44,105 nucleotides of DNA. It comes from Perkinsus olseni. Its lineage: Eukaryota. Position numbers and translations under genes: made by a program. Where the stretch lies: positions 1 through 44,105 of the forward strand of contig JABANN010000276.1 in the NCBI GenBank assembly GCA_013115125.1, written 5' to 3'. Below the pieces are notes generated by a model. That model saw only the letters and a program-made list of their open reading frames with translations, was not told the DNA's origin and searched no databases. Position 1 is the first letter of the stretch, and each line of letters opens with the position of its first letter. This document shows, in pieces, positions 1-12,690 of the stretch.

Positions 1-279
1 GTGATAGAAATTCAGCCTCTGCGAGGCTGTTACGGATACGTTGAAACCGTCGGATACGTCGGGCGAAGATACTAATCTTGCGCACTCGTCGTTCCTTGGC
101 TCACGTTAACCGCGGTGACCGCGCACCGTGCCACGAACAGATGGCGCGCGCTGGATTCGCGACCCCGCGCGAAGGTTTAAAACTATCCATTGTCGAGAAT
201 GTTCACACCGGACTCCTCCTTGATGGCATGGTACTCTCATGTACTCCCTAGCTCATTATTTCTCAGTGTTTATGGTTCG

Positions 280-2034
280 ATGCTTCTGCGTCGCAGGATA
301 GGAGCTTGTACACGGCAGTTATCGGGATTGGGACGGTGTCGAGGTGTTTCCCCACGAAGTCCTGCTCGCTTTGCATCGACTTTAGCTGAAACGAAAGCCG
401 CCGGCGATAGCCTAAGCGACTCTCGGTCGGACAACTCTGCGGACTGTAAATCCAGTACAGGCGGAGTGTTGCAGCATCTACAGTCCAAGGATTATCTCAT
501 TTTCGCTTTGTCGAGTGCTATACCTATGATTGGTTTCGGGTTCATGGACAATACCATAATGATCCAGGCCGGAGAGCTCATAGATATGTCTTTTGGTAAT
601 GGCGCTTTTCATCGGGACCACTCGCCACTCCTGCCACGCTGTTTTTATATCACTAGGTGTAAAGTTCGGACTGTCGACACTAACAGCTGCTGCTGTTGGG
701 CAGCTATTCAGCGACGCGAGTGGAGTCTGCTTTGGCAGTACTGTTGATAATCTCGTATGTCGGCTGTTTCCTAAACTACAGCCAGGAGAGATAGGTACCA
801 TGACTACTGTATGCTTGTGTCGCAACGCGGGCTGCGACATTCCTCAGGGAAACGCATTACAGCCGCACATCTTCAAACAGGAAGTCCATATGCGGCGAGA
901 TTGAAGTTTTTGAGGACGTTCTCCGCTGTTGCCGGTGTCATGATCGGGTGTTCTTTGGGAATGACTCAACTGGTAGTTGGCAAAGTATAGGTGATTACAG
1001 ACCCGCCCATGTTTGTCAGCTCTTTATGGATCTAAAGAAAGCTGAGAGATTGAAGGCATTACAGCAATGCCGGCCCCTCTTCGTCACATTGATGGAGGAA
1101 GGGCATGAGCTGCTCAACTGTCAAAGGTAGACTGATTTGGCAGGGTAGACGTAGATCACAGTGAGGAGTCAGGTGTGCTCTCTATCTGAAGGTGGACGAT
1201 ACGGCAGGTCCTGTGACCGACCCGAGTAATATAGTTTCCACTTCTTCATTTGCCATATGTGCCGGATGCGAGCTGTAGATACGAGTGATTATGACCTATG
1301 GATGGCCGGCATGCCTTCTGAGTCCAACTCTATCAGCGATTCCGAAGAGAAACTCGAAGCACGGATGCGGGCCTGGAGAACTATGGACCAAGACAAGGAT
1401 GGGTACATCAGTACTAATGACCTGGCAGCCGTCGTAACCAAAATGGGATACAAGTCAGCAGTAGGACAAGCACTCAATGCCAGAAATGACAATCGAGTGG
1501 CTGAGGTAATAAACACGGAGATCAACGCTCGGCGAGTATACGGCCAATAGATACTGGCCTCGTGCAAAGTTGAAGGGGATCGAATTAACTTCGAACAGTT
1601 CGATCGAGTCATGCCGAAGTTGATTAAATTGACGAACCAAGACTGCCGCTTCTCTCCCAAGCAGCGGCCTCTACTAGGTATAACGCGGTAGCTAAAAGGA
1701 TCTATCACAATATGCTGTAGAGTACGTCCTTCGAACGGGTGAAGTACTGCGTATTGACGATGTCGAGTCACCCACTCTGAACAAGACAGGGCTGCGAGTG
1801 GACCCCGATAACATGGACCGTTACCGAGGTGTCCGGACCCACTCGGTTTTAATATGCCCTGTCGTCGATCCTAAGACTGGTAGTATTCATAACTGGTGGA
1901 CTGGAAGGGTGAACGATGAACCTAGGTACTGCCATTGGTGTGGTTGAATGTGTGAATAAGTATCGAAAGCATCACTGCGCGGTTCCGGCTAGGCAACCGA
2001 ATGCTCCAAGGTTGAATGTTCCAGAAATAGTGTA
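280..2034 (+). CDS. TMEM65-family membrane protein fused to a GAF domain with an inserted EF-hand region; probable mitochondrial presequence (multi-exon, 3' end uncertain)
   Basis: Arg-rich leader MLLRRRIGACTRQ; TMEM65 motifs AIPMIGFGFMDNTIMIQAGELID, FGLSTLTAAAVGQLFSD, AGVMIGCSLG; GAF motifs LLNCQRCALYL, RTHSVLICPVVD, IGVVECVNK; EF loop DQDKDGYISTND. Confidence 0.8.
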
Positions 2035-2216
2035 AGGGTTGGGATTCTCGCATCGTTTGATAGATTGAAGCAGCGATATCGGATGTAGTTACGTATCCAG
2101 CGAATCACCAATTTCTTCGAACACTGGTGATCAAGTTCCCTCTTCCCCTGCAGCGAGCGACTCGGTCCTTATCACACGTAAACCGGACCCAAACAAAATA
2201 CAGCGAACGCAGACCG

Positions 2217-2540
2217 TCACACACGACTACCAGAAGATGAAATACAAAGGGTAGGGAGACAACGCCATCTCAAGCACCGTGATTCGGTTATGTCCCCGCT
2301 GTCTCCAGCATTCCCGTCAACGCGTTCCTTAGATTCACCGACAATGACGTGAAAATTGTGGCGGCCATATGCAGTCATGCAGCTACATTCGCTAGGCAAT
2401 GCGGATTCATCGAAGACTGAGTGCAGTTTTGTAGGCATGGTTATCAACACCCGTTCAACAGCATCAACTGCTGGTTATATGTCATGAAGATTATCATATT
2501 TACTGTCCTACCGGGGATGCTACTACTACCATTGCTCATT
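2217..2540 (-). CDS. possible small hypothetical protein
   Basis: ATG at 2540 (MSNGSSSIP) joins in frame through a GT-AG intron to ORF 2217..2450; no recognisable motif. Confidence 0.25.
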
Positions 2541-2688
2541 GCATATCATATTTAAACTCGCGTATTACTAGCTGTGCCAAGTGATAATGTTTATGCCTGT
2601 GGCTTGCATTGAGACGCGCTTGTGTTCATGCAGTGAAACGAATGGGTGTGCCACATTTTTTCCGATAGTTCGGTTTTGATTCACTCAG

Positions 2689-3557
2689 ATGAAGCGAGAT
2701 GTTGGGGATTTAGAGCCAGCATTCGGATCGGATAATAAGGATGATACTGCTGGACCGCCTCAGCAACATAAGAAGGCGCGCTTAGATGACGATAAAGCTC
2801 GGAAATGGAGGGAGACGTGCTCCGCCCCAACAGGAGTGCCTGACGAGCAGCTACAGATCATAGAGCATGCTTCGGAACTGTCTTCAAGCACTCTTGATAT
2901 CGAGCTCAAGCCGGAGACTTTTGTCGGCTACCCGAAACCTAGTACCGAGGATGAACATCAATACAGGTCATACTTGGTGTTAGCCTGATATGTATTTAAG
3001 TGTGCTGCGATACAGGTACTTGCAGAACTGTCCTCCAGCAAGCCTCCTAACATCTGGCAAACGAGGCCAAGTGAAGGTACTCATTGTGTGCGCTAGTGCA
3101 ACCAGAGTGAACGAAGCAGCGAAGCAGCTCGAGGAAGATTGTAGCATTGAGAAGTCAAAGATCGCGCGTGTGAGTACAGACGGAGGTATCACATGCGTGT
3201 GAGCCAGACGAGGCTTATGATTTAGGTAGCGTTTACTGGCAGGGGTAGGCGTAAAGAACAGAAAGCCGCTCATGAACTGGCCCTGAAAAAAGCTACGATC
3301 TGTGTTACAGTTCCTGGACGTTTGACCAGCATCACCGGACTTGAGGACGTAAGGCATACCTTCCTCCAATATACGTAAGGATGTTCACGCCTCAGACCGA
3401 ACTTATTATACTTGACACAGCCTCCGATGTCAAGGGTCTTAGTCTACTCTCACAGCAGCAAACTCGTGACTCCTTGTTTGAGTGGTTCACCTCCGACAAC
3501 ACAGCGACACTTCGAAATCGAATTGCTCAACGCGATACCGCAATAATGCTTTTCTAG
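2689..3557 (+). CDS. CMS1/CMSS1-like pre-ribosomal protein (degenerate helicase-like fold)
   Basis: Spliced segments LIVCASATRVNE, ICVTVPGRL, FIILDTASDVKGLSLL...RDSLFEW resemble the CMS1 family; charged N-terminus; stop at 3555-3557. Confidence 0.65.
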
Positions 3558-3734
3558 CTCAACGTTACCAGAACATACACGTTTGTGTGGTGTTAGTCAA
3601 AATGATGGATCAGACTCAAGTTTTCGCTTGTACGGAGAAAGATGGCAGAAAGATCTTGAGGAAACCTTCGGTGGAAATTCACTGTCGACAACCAATTCTG
3701 TAGTTATCGTTATTTGACACACGTGTCTCTTTTG

Positions 3735-4950
3735 ATGTGTGGACGTGTGGCTTGTACCCTCCCGCCTCAAAGGGTTCGGCGCATTGGAAGAGCCCGCAGG
3801 GTCATAAGGCACCAATCATCTGGGGTAGCCCCAAGGCCAAGATATAACGTAGGGCCGATGAGCCGCCTACCTTGCATGTAAGTCTATTTTCTGGTTCCGA
3901 TAACGGGCTCACGAGCAAGCTTTCCTGCGAGCATGGATATCAGATACACTCGGAATTCCGGCAAGCCATCCGAAGGGAGCTCATCAGGAGAGCGATGTGT
4001 GGAGTATATGAAATGGGGACTGCAGGGGCATGGCACTCAGCATCTTTCCACTATCACTGCGAGATTTGAGACAATTGAGAGCTCTAGAGTGTAAAGTGGA
4101 TGGATCTCAGTCCGTTCAACCGTGCAATATTGCAAGCAGTTACTCCCCCCATCTGAAGCGTCGCGAGCGATGCGTTCTCGTCGTTGACGGATTCTTTGAA
4201 TGGTCTACTAAAAAGGATGGAAGTAAAACACCCTACTTCATCAAATTCAAGAACGAAGTCGCTGAGAAATCGATCCCTGGCGGAGATTTTGCTGGTAAGA
4301 TATCCTCGTGTTGCGAATTCCTCTGCATTGAGTCCAGATTGTGGGACTGAGGAGGATGATTGGCCGGTTCAGAAGCAATTCTGGGAAAGCGATGGCAGCC
4401 TCCGAGAGCCTCTGCTCATGGCTTGGTGACCTCTCTGGAGCGCTTATGCATTGTAACTGACATGGTCACTGTTTGTTAGTCTATATGCACCTCCCATGGT
4501 GGACGATGAGCCCCATAGCTTCACTATTCTAACGATGGACTCTGCTGGTCCGGTCACCAAGATCCACGACAGAATGCCAGTGATGTTAACACCGGAGTGC
4601 GCGGCAGAATGGATAGGTAAGCTCGAGCAGGTGGTAAGTCACAACTTTTCCTCCGCGTAGATTGCTCAGCGGCATCAGACTCTGCATTACTCCACAAGGT
4701 CGCCGAAACTGCTCGTCATACAGCCACGCAAAGCGTGACCGCATACGAGGTCCCACAACTGGCTAATAACGTGCGGAATGATAGCCCAGATTGCCTCCTT
4801 CCGTTGGCAGCGTGGAAAAAGAAGCAGTTCGACAATGGCCTCGGTAGATTCTTCAAGAAGGCTACCGATAAACGGGAGACACCTGCTCCTGAACGACGCT
4901 CCGCCGACGCAGAAGAACCATCAACCAAGAGAACGAAGGTGGAAAGATGA
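3735..4950 (+). CDS. HMCES: SRAP-domain abasic-site processing protein (HMCES/YedK family)
   Basis: Starts MCGRVAC; PRYNVGP; MKWGL; RCVLVVDGFFEW; FTILT; IHDRMPVML; VNNVRN-like ANNVRND. Confidence 0.93.
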
Positions 4951-5281
4951 TGATGGAGCGTAGCTTCAGTGTTGTACGCAGCGATGCACAACAGTTGATC
5001 TAGTTTTTTTTCGGAGGTATCCGGTAGCGGCTTCAGTTGCAGTAACCATGAAATTCAGAGACGACCGAGACGAACTCTCAATTCCAAACACCAGATCAAA
5101 AGCTCCATCGGGAGAGCAGAATCCTGTCATGGTGTGCTACAGCGGAACGAGAGCAGAAGGAGCATTGCAAACAGGACGTGAAAACTGCGGTAACACAATT
5201 CTGGCACAATAGTCGAAGCATAATGCTCATGTTCCGAGTTTATAGTGAGCGTAGCGGCTGAGATTAGCTGAAATCAGAATG

Positions 5282-6250
5282 TTATTTATCACAGAAGACG
5301 CACTGAAGAGATGTATGTAATTGTTGAATGCTCTCTCTTATATGCATCGGTCTGTCGAATGTCGTATTGTTTCCATCATGACTGCCCAGACAGTTGCCGG
5401 CTTTCAATAACATCGGCGATGACGCGGTGGTCTCGAGACTCGGGCTAGCTAGCTTCTCACCACGTGATAGCGATGGAGAATCTGACGAGTCGGGAGATCT
5501 GGTTATTTTCATTGATTGAGCAAGCACACCCGATGAGTTGCCTTCAATATGGGAGGGCTCTCCCGACTGGAGTGACAGCGGCGTTAGTTGCACACAAGAA
5601 TCCCTGCTGTAGTTTACTTCGAAGGCTCGACTACGTGTTCTCTCTCTATGCGCCATCAACTCTCGATCTAATCGCAACGAAGAGGAAGTGTTGTAAGTGC
5701 CATACCAACTGCCCACTGAGTTGTTGGTTATCCTTCAGCAGACCCTCTACAATGTGTTGCTTTGTGTCAAGCTGTCTAGTCAGATATTCAACCTGCTGTT
5801 GCAGCTCAACCACCTGACCATATGAGTCGCATTCTTAATTCCCTCCTGTGGTGGACCACATTACATTGGTCAGTTGGGTGGTGGAGTTCATCTCTCTTAG
5901 ACCTGCCTGAGATCGCTTGTGAGCACTGCTGTGCTTCCGAAGCACGAGCGTGGCCTTCCCGAAGCACTGCTTCGGGAAGGCCACGCTCGTGCTCGTCGGC
6001 TGTGCCCGGGCCAGCGAGTGTAGCGCATTGTGTCTGTGCACTCGAGGTCTCATTGTCCGTGGTACCTTCAAACAAACGAATCAGCACAGCGCTGATAATC
6101 CCGCTCGCTCTTTCGAGCATAAGTTCTAACTTGCGCTCTATCTGGCTCCTTCCTCTCCATGACCAGGGCGCTAATCCTTGCGAGTGCAACGCGATCCGTC
6201 AATAGAGCCTCTCCGGAAAACATCGTCCGTGGCTGGGGACAGTCCCTCAT
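5282..6250 (-). CDS. hypothetical coiled-coil protein (multi-exon, boundaries uncertain)
   Basis: Exon near 5710-5815 reads VVELQQQVEYLTRQLDTKQHIVEGLLKDNQQL between splice signals; flanking minus-strand ORFs. Confidence 0.45.
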
Positions 6251-6289
6251 TCCTAGGGAGTAATACTATCGGATGATCGCTAGCGGGTA

Positions 6290-6802
6290 TCATGGAGGAT
6301 CGAGCTCACTCTCTGAAGCCGTTGCTTCGGATGAGACAGAGCAGTGACGCTCTTTGCGTTTCGTGGATACATATGTGGATGGTGGGGGCACTAAGCCGCT
6401 AGGGGCTTTTACTGGGTACCACGATTCCTGCGGGTAGTCCGCAGGTAGTCTACATTCTCTATCAGATGCCAGAGAGTAGCTAGACGTAGAGGGCGCTAGA
6501 GTGGTGCGCGACGACTGGAGTTCCCTGAGCCACATGAAGTTACGACGGACTCCACCCTAATTATCATCCATCGCCACCTCGATCTACAAGATGCCGAACG
6601 GAGGCGAATAGGATTGTAGGTCGCCGTAGTATGTCCCGTGGCCATCGAGACCGGTATATCCTCTCTTCGCTGTGGACGACGTTGCCTTACAGAAGCTCTC
6701 GGTGGAGCGAACATTACTCGAACTACAGCTGAGTAGTACTTTTGACGACGCTATAAACACTGGAAGTAGAAGAGCGTAGTAGTATATTAACCGTAGTAAC
6801 AT
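6290..6802 (-). CDS. hypothetical protein with hydrophobic N-terminus
   Basis: MLLRLIYYYALLLPVFIASS signal-like start and a downstream Ser/Pro-rich ORF; splice join not resolved. Confidence 0.3.
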
Positions 6803-6871
6803 AGTACGGTAGCTGACCGTGGTATGTTTCCGCGTCCTCTGTGCCAGAGATTGAATATTCACCACAAAGAC

Positions 6872-7340
6872 TCAGATTGGGTTCGACCGAAACTGCTCAG
6901 CGGAGAAAACCATGCATCTTTCAGAGTGGCAGCAGTAAGCATGATCCTCATCCAATGATAGACGACCGTGTAGCTGCCGGACTAGCAACCACTTGTCCTG
7001 TTCCCTGATATCGCAGATCGCTCGATTGGTACGAGCAGTCCTCGTCATTACGTGTATTCCGACTGTCTGCATTCTCGCCGCGTATTCCTCCAACTCACCG
7101 CTCCCTTCCTTCTCGGACCAAGTATGATGTAGTTTATTAACCAACGCGTTGTGGGTTGCTTCTAGTTGGTAGGTATAGTAGAGATAAGAGAATGATACCA
7201 GGAGGCTCAAACCAAATAACTTACGTGTTGGTCTGATTAGATATTTCGTAGGGACTGAGGAGGACAGGCAGGAATCGGAGTTGACGAGAGGAGTAGAGGA
7301 ATCCAAACATTCTTACCTTTTCTTCGAGACCGGTTGAACA
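6872..7340 (-). CDS. hypothetical small single-TM protein
   Basis: ORF 6872..7306 with hydrophobic segment LFGLSLLVSFSYLYYTY; probable short upstream exon MFNRSRRK. Confidence 0.4.
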
Positions 7341-7738
7341 TGAAGTATAAAGACGTAGTGACTGCACTAAATGCGACACTCTGCTTCGCTGACACGCGGA
7401 AGACTTGCCATCTGCTCCTCACTCTCCTATCTACCCAACCATCTGGAGTGCTCCTAAACTCAGCGCTCCCTGGTGACCCCGCTGGTGGCACCGCAGCAAG
7501 GGTCCGGTCGGGCGAGTGTATCTGCATTGATTCTGGAAGGCCTGTGGTTTGGCCGCCCGTGCTCGATGGCATATTAGATAAGTAGTCCTGGATGTCGAAG
7601 TTGGCAGATTGAAGAAAAAAAACCTAACGAGCACGAATATACTTTTCTCTCCGGGCATCCTCCTGTTGTGCTGGCAGCGCGGTACAACTTGACATTGAGA
7701 CTTGCGAAGACACGGCATGTACTCTGATGGCGAGTAGA

Positions 7739-8827
7739 CTACTCATGCGAGAACATGTCCCTCAGAGGGGTGGTATCCCTAGCGACTGACGCCGCGATAT
7801 CATCCATTAGCCGCCTGATCTTCGAAATCCCCACTCTGTACTGACGAACAGAATTAATTTTGTCATAATCGGTTCCCATGGGCTTGACACCGTTGTGAAG
7901 GCGGTCCTTGCGACTGCCATCGGTCAACTGCGAAATCTCCATTCTGAGCCGAGCGTTGAATCGTTTGAGCTCATCTTGGCGGCTCTTCAAAACTGCATCC
8001 CTAGCTGCGCACTCCGAACTGCTAAGATTGCTATCCTCGCCTTCTGCTCCTTGCTCGGAATGCACGACTCCTTCCGCACTGCTCACCGTCTCTCCTAATC
8101 GTGATGGAGCGGGGATCTCCAACGCCGATCGGCGATAGCACTCTTTCGAGCTTGGCAAATCCTCGATAATCACTGGTGCTGAGTCCATGGAGTCGAGACC
8201 TTCCAATTGCTCATTCCTCGATGATCTCCGACTCAGCCGTACCGCGTCGATTCCGACGTCCACTACAGGTGCGCGGCGGCCAGAGTTACTCCCTCTGATT
8301 GAGCTAGCAACTTCTGCAGACCTCAAGTGAGCAGAGAGGATGCTGGTGTCGGAAGGTGTTACTGATGATGTTACCGTAGCGTGGTCCTGCAGCCCCTGAG
8401 CATCGACCATCCTCGTTATGGTTTCGTCCTGTCTATGCTGCACATAACACATGCCATGGTGCTCATGTTTGCTGCATGTGTCGGCAATACAGGTATGACA
8501 CTGGTCGAGCTGTGAGGGATGTACCGGGGACCCTTCTCGATACCGCTGGAGCACGGATAGCCAACTGCTCCCTAGGTCTAGCAGAGTACCGTCGAGTCTT
8601 CTCGCTTGCTCTTCCAATGCTTCGATACTGCTGCTGCTGCTATCAATCGAGCAGGATCGAGTAGTAGCACCGCCGCTGCGGGCCTCTGCTAAGCGCCATA
8701 CTAGGTGCTCCTGCTGAGAATGAAGATCTTGCAGAACTGCTATGAGGTCGGACTCGGTGGCGACAGTCTCTGCCAGCCCTAGCCGAAGAGATCCTCTAAT
8801 CCTAGAAATGGTACCGTTGTCAGTCAT
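7739..8827 (-). CDS. hypothetical protein, 362 aa, uninterrupted ORF with coiled-coil segments
   Basis: Longest intron-free ORF in the window, ATG start, heptad-like N- and C-terminal segments. Confidence 0.7.
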   Translation of the reverse strand: MTDNGTISRIRGSLRLGLAETVATESDLIAVLQDLHSQQEHLVWRLAEARSGGATTRSCSIDSSSSSIEALEEQARRLDGTLLDLGSSWLSVLQRYREGSPVHPSQLDQCHTCIADTCSKHEHHGMCYVQHRQDETITRMVDAQGLQDHATVTSSVTPSDTSILSAHLRSAEVASSIRGSNSGRRAPVVDVGIDAVRLSRRSSRNEQLEGLDSMDSAPVIIEDLPSSKECYRRSALEIPAPSRLGETVSSAEGVVHSEQGAEGEDSNLSSSECAARDAVLKSRQDELKRFNARLRMEISQLTDGSRKDRLHNGVKPMGTDYDKINSVRQYRVGISKIRRLMDDIAASVARDTTPLRDMFSHE

Positions 8828-9008
8828 GACGGCATTAGTACAATACCCGCAAGAGAGCTACTATACTTGGGTGACCGGAACTCCTCCCTCCTAGATGTTT
8901 AAGAGCAACAGTATGGGTTCTAATAGAAACAACGTTGAGGGTTAAGAACTAACAGCAGCGGCAACGACCGAGGGGTGACCTGTGCTAGTCCCAAAGGAGG
9001 GCCATAGC

Positions 9009-10028
9009 CTATTGAGCATCTTCGTCTACAGTAGTAGCAGCAGCCTTCCTCTGTTGACGACGATCCTTTTTAGCTTGGAATCTGGCCTTGCGAGTTGCTA
9101 TCTCCTCCTCGTTTAAGGCGCGCTTCTTATTGGCTGCCCTTCTCTCCTTCATCTTGAGTTTACGTTTCATCTTACGGGTTGCAGCTGAGGAGAGCTAGTT
9201 GAACTGCGAAAAAATGAGAGATATACTTACCACTTGAGGAGGGCGCGGCCTCGTCTTTTGATGCCTTTGAAGGTGCGTCAGCAGCGTCGACGGGAGGAGC
9301 TGCCTCGGCCCCATGAATCTCCTCATCATCTCCTACACGAAATACAATAATACCTTCGTTTGCGCGACAGTATGGGAGAGTGCAATGTGTTCGGCAGACC
9401 TGCATCTTCCTCATGTCCCTTCTCCAGTTGTTGTTGTCGGCGAGCACGCTTCAAGTGTGCTTTACTAGCTTCGTGCTTCTCAAGGTCCCCCTGGCTGAGT
9501 AGCAGCTTCTCTGGGCACAGATGGCATCGGAATTGCTCAGCATAAGTGTTGACCTTAGGTGAAGCTTCAACCTCATCTTCCACATCTACATCGTAATTAT
9601 CAAAGACAAAGCAACAACAGCCCTTCCAAAGACGAAGGGATGATGCAGTGTATCATAGTACCGGTCTCATCCTCTTCTATAGCCTCCTCAGCCTCCTCTT
9701 CAGAGGAGCTACTGCAGGATGTATCACCTTCCACAATGGCTGATAGGGGCATCATAGCACGCTGAAAAGTATACGAACATCAGCACTCTCCTCCTGCAAC
9801 GACCTCAATCATATTTGATACGCTATATCATGACAAAAGGTTCCATCGTCGAAGGTTTCATAGCAGCAAACGCTTGATTCAACCCGGTTGAACTACCTGC
9901 AACCTCCGTTGCTGCTTATCAGTGAGGTCCTTGAACTGTTCCCCATCATCATCACTATCGGATACATCGCTATCCTCGTTAAACTGTGCGCGGCTTATCT
10001 TATCGATACCGAGGACTCGTTTGAACAT
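9009..10028 (-). CDS. C2H2 zinc-finger protein with acidic region and basic C-terminus (possibly nucleolar)
   Basis: CHLC...LEKHEASKAH finger; D/E-rich N-half; K/R-rich tail MKRKLKMKERRAANKKR; stop at 9009-9011. Confidence 0.7.
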
Positions 10029-10173
10029 CTCAGCGTGATGGGAGAATGACAAGCTAAAATGCAAGTACCGGCCCGTATAGATTTTCCTGCAGTCTCGAAG
10101 CACGTATAGCTCAGCTAGTCCTTCAATGCCGAATAGAAAAAAAACCAAACAAACAGCAAAGGGGAACCAAACG

Positions 10174-12335
10174 TTAGTCTTGCACTAACTCGGCAGTTGG
10201 ACTTGACACCGACTTCCCACGCGTCTCTAACAACCATGCCCGTTTAATAGTGGTCCAGACCAGGTTCATTCGCTTGTCCAGGTTTTGGCCGTCTGCAGTC
10301 CCTGAGTAGCTCAAATACGAAAGTGAGTAGTATACCCATCTCTCACCTAGTGTGGTCTGCGCGAGGTACGCTACCTCGAGCGAGTACCGCAGTCTCATGA
10401 GCTTATACGACAAGCCGAAAGTGAAGCAATGTTGTCTAACGAAGAGGCGAGCTAATCGATTGGCCATCGTGTAATCTGAGATAGATGAGGCAGGGTATTC
10501 AAGAATGATAATAGGAGGTATGACCTACTTTTCTCGAATAAATTTGCAGCTGTTCGATGCATCAAGCACAGCGCTAACGATTCATCATTAGGTGGCATAT
10601 TCTCTGTGATAACATTGTACGCTGCAGCCCATGCTTCGTCCGTCTTATCGTAATTTTGGAGCTGAAGCTCACTGAATGAAAGGAGAGAAAGGGCACTAGA
10701 CCGCGGTAGAGCCCTCGGAAGGATGCTACTCCATTTATTACCTCACTGCTAACCATATGAGCGTCTCAATCAGAGCCTTCGTGCCCAATACTTGACGCTG
10801 CTGCGGATCCTCACTTCGGAATGAGCGATTGAGAAGTTCAGCACACATTTCCGAGCGCTGGCTCGCTGTGGTAACCGCAAGAGAATCATTCAGATCCTCT
10901 GGCAAAACAATCATTTCTCTCTCCCCTTCTTCCTTCTCCGCATGGCCTAACGTATGCGGAGCTTCACCCAAAATAACTTCACGGTATTGACACACCCTGT
11001 AATACCTGCCTCTCTCGACTCCTTTTCATCATCGACACACCTAGAGCATGCACAGATGAAATCCCTACTCTCCAGCTGCTTCCTACGAACTGCAAGGCTT
11101 GAGGACAAATACCTAAGAAAACGAAGCGACCGGTGAGTCGATCGGAACCACCCACAGCTCCCGGACACTGTATTACTCATGTTCGAAGTAGCTTATGGTG
11201 AGCTGCTCTCCGCGATTGATAGCACGATTGGTGACGAAATGCTGGCATGTTCCAATTGCGAACCGATTCACCTGTGTGACCGATTAGCTAGCAGGAGAAG
11301 GTGGCTCCTGAGCCTACATTAGGAGAGCAGCTATGGTTAAAGCCAGAGGCTTTAGCATATAGCCCAATACCGCTCAGGTCGGCAAAGACCTAAAACAGGT
11401 GTACGAGGGAGTGGAGACATAGAGTGAGGCAAACCGTAGCAAACCCACCTGCTGATACGTGGTCATTTCTGGGCACGTCTCGAATCCCAGGATATTAAGC
11501 CTGCACCTTTGATGGATGACCTCCGGGTCTGTCGCATCATAGTCCTCGCTGAAAGACAGACTAGCCCTGCTATACATCTTCGCGTCAAACGATAGTTATA
11601 TACCCACGAGGATGCAGCTCCCCCAGGTGACTGATCCAATAGTCATCGTTCCGGGATTCAGCATCGGCTATGATAACTTGAGTCAGGAGTTCGCTTTCAG
11701 TAGGCTCTGGCAGATGGTAACAGTCTCACTTCTTGTATCACTTTCACCATACTACTACCTGTTTCTACCATGCCTGTCTCCTCCTGAGCCATTAGCCTCA
11801 CGGCATCCATGTCTTCGTCGTAGAGATGTGCCAATGGAAGCTCAGAGAGTAACAGTGTGCCTGGAATGCAATTCACTCGCTGATTCGACTAATGAAACTG
11901 AGCTACCCTGTGGTATATCATTCTTTGCAAACCACCCAAATCCCTCCCCATCCGAGTTCTCTAAAGCGATGGAGCCACTGAGGTAGTACGAGCCGGGTTG
12001 ATCTCCCTCCGATACTCGCCCCCTCCCAGCGGTGGAGTCGCTGTAACCCTTCGAGGACAACTTAAGGCTAACCTACATGTGTAGAGTATGATGAAGATAC
12101 AAACACACGCTCAGGCCCCCGTTTTGAAGGGTCCTAATAAGCAACAGACGGGTCCAGAACCCAGCTGGGAACCGGCGCTACTGTTGTCTAGGCAGGCCCG
12201 TCTGGTAACGTTATCTGTTAGAAAGCTTCAGGACACCCTCATTAGTACCTGCAGCGACTCGTCGTCTCTGTCCGTTTGCAGGAACTCTAATGCCCGAGAC
12301 ATCTGCTCTGCAATATCCACGGGGAAGGCGGACAT
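10174..12335 (-). CDS. SMYD-type SET-domain lysine methyltransferase
   Basis: GEGFGWFAKNDIPQGS; FNHSCSPN; RAINRGEQLTISY; RRKQL...FICACSRC post-SET; helical C-terminus. Confidence 0.85.
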
Positions 12336-12690
12336 TGAAGAAAGGGAGAAGAATGACCTGAACATCATCAGTGGCCGCATCACGAGTTTGGCAACGCCTA
12401 TCACCGTTACACGCCTGGGTCCCATCCCTCTTACTACGAGAGCATGATTAAACATTGGCAAAAACCCAACACCACCACGTCTGCATAGCAATGGTCAATG
12501 GATTACTAATCGCGGAAGATAGAGGAGACATGGAAGCAAAGATGGTATTTAGGATGTGGCGTTGTAGACCGACAACATCGAAGGGGGGAACCAGTGTCGA
12601 GCCGACACTAACGCTTGGTGACCAACCGTGCTTCGCTCCGCCAATGCGCAAGTCACGAGTTACAATTTTTGCGCGATTTAGTTTTTTCGC

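Noticed and set aside
3995-4069. Second MCG that could be the SRAP start
   Set aside because: Out of frame; the true MCGR start is at 3735 and this region reads EYMKWGL in another frame
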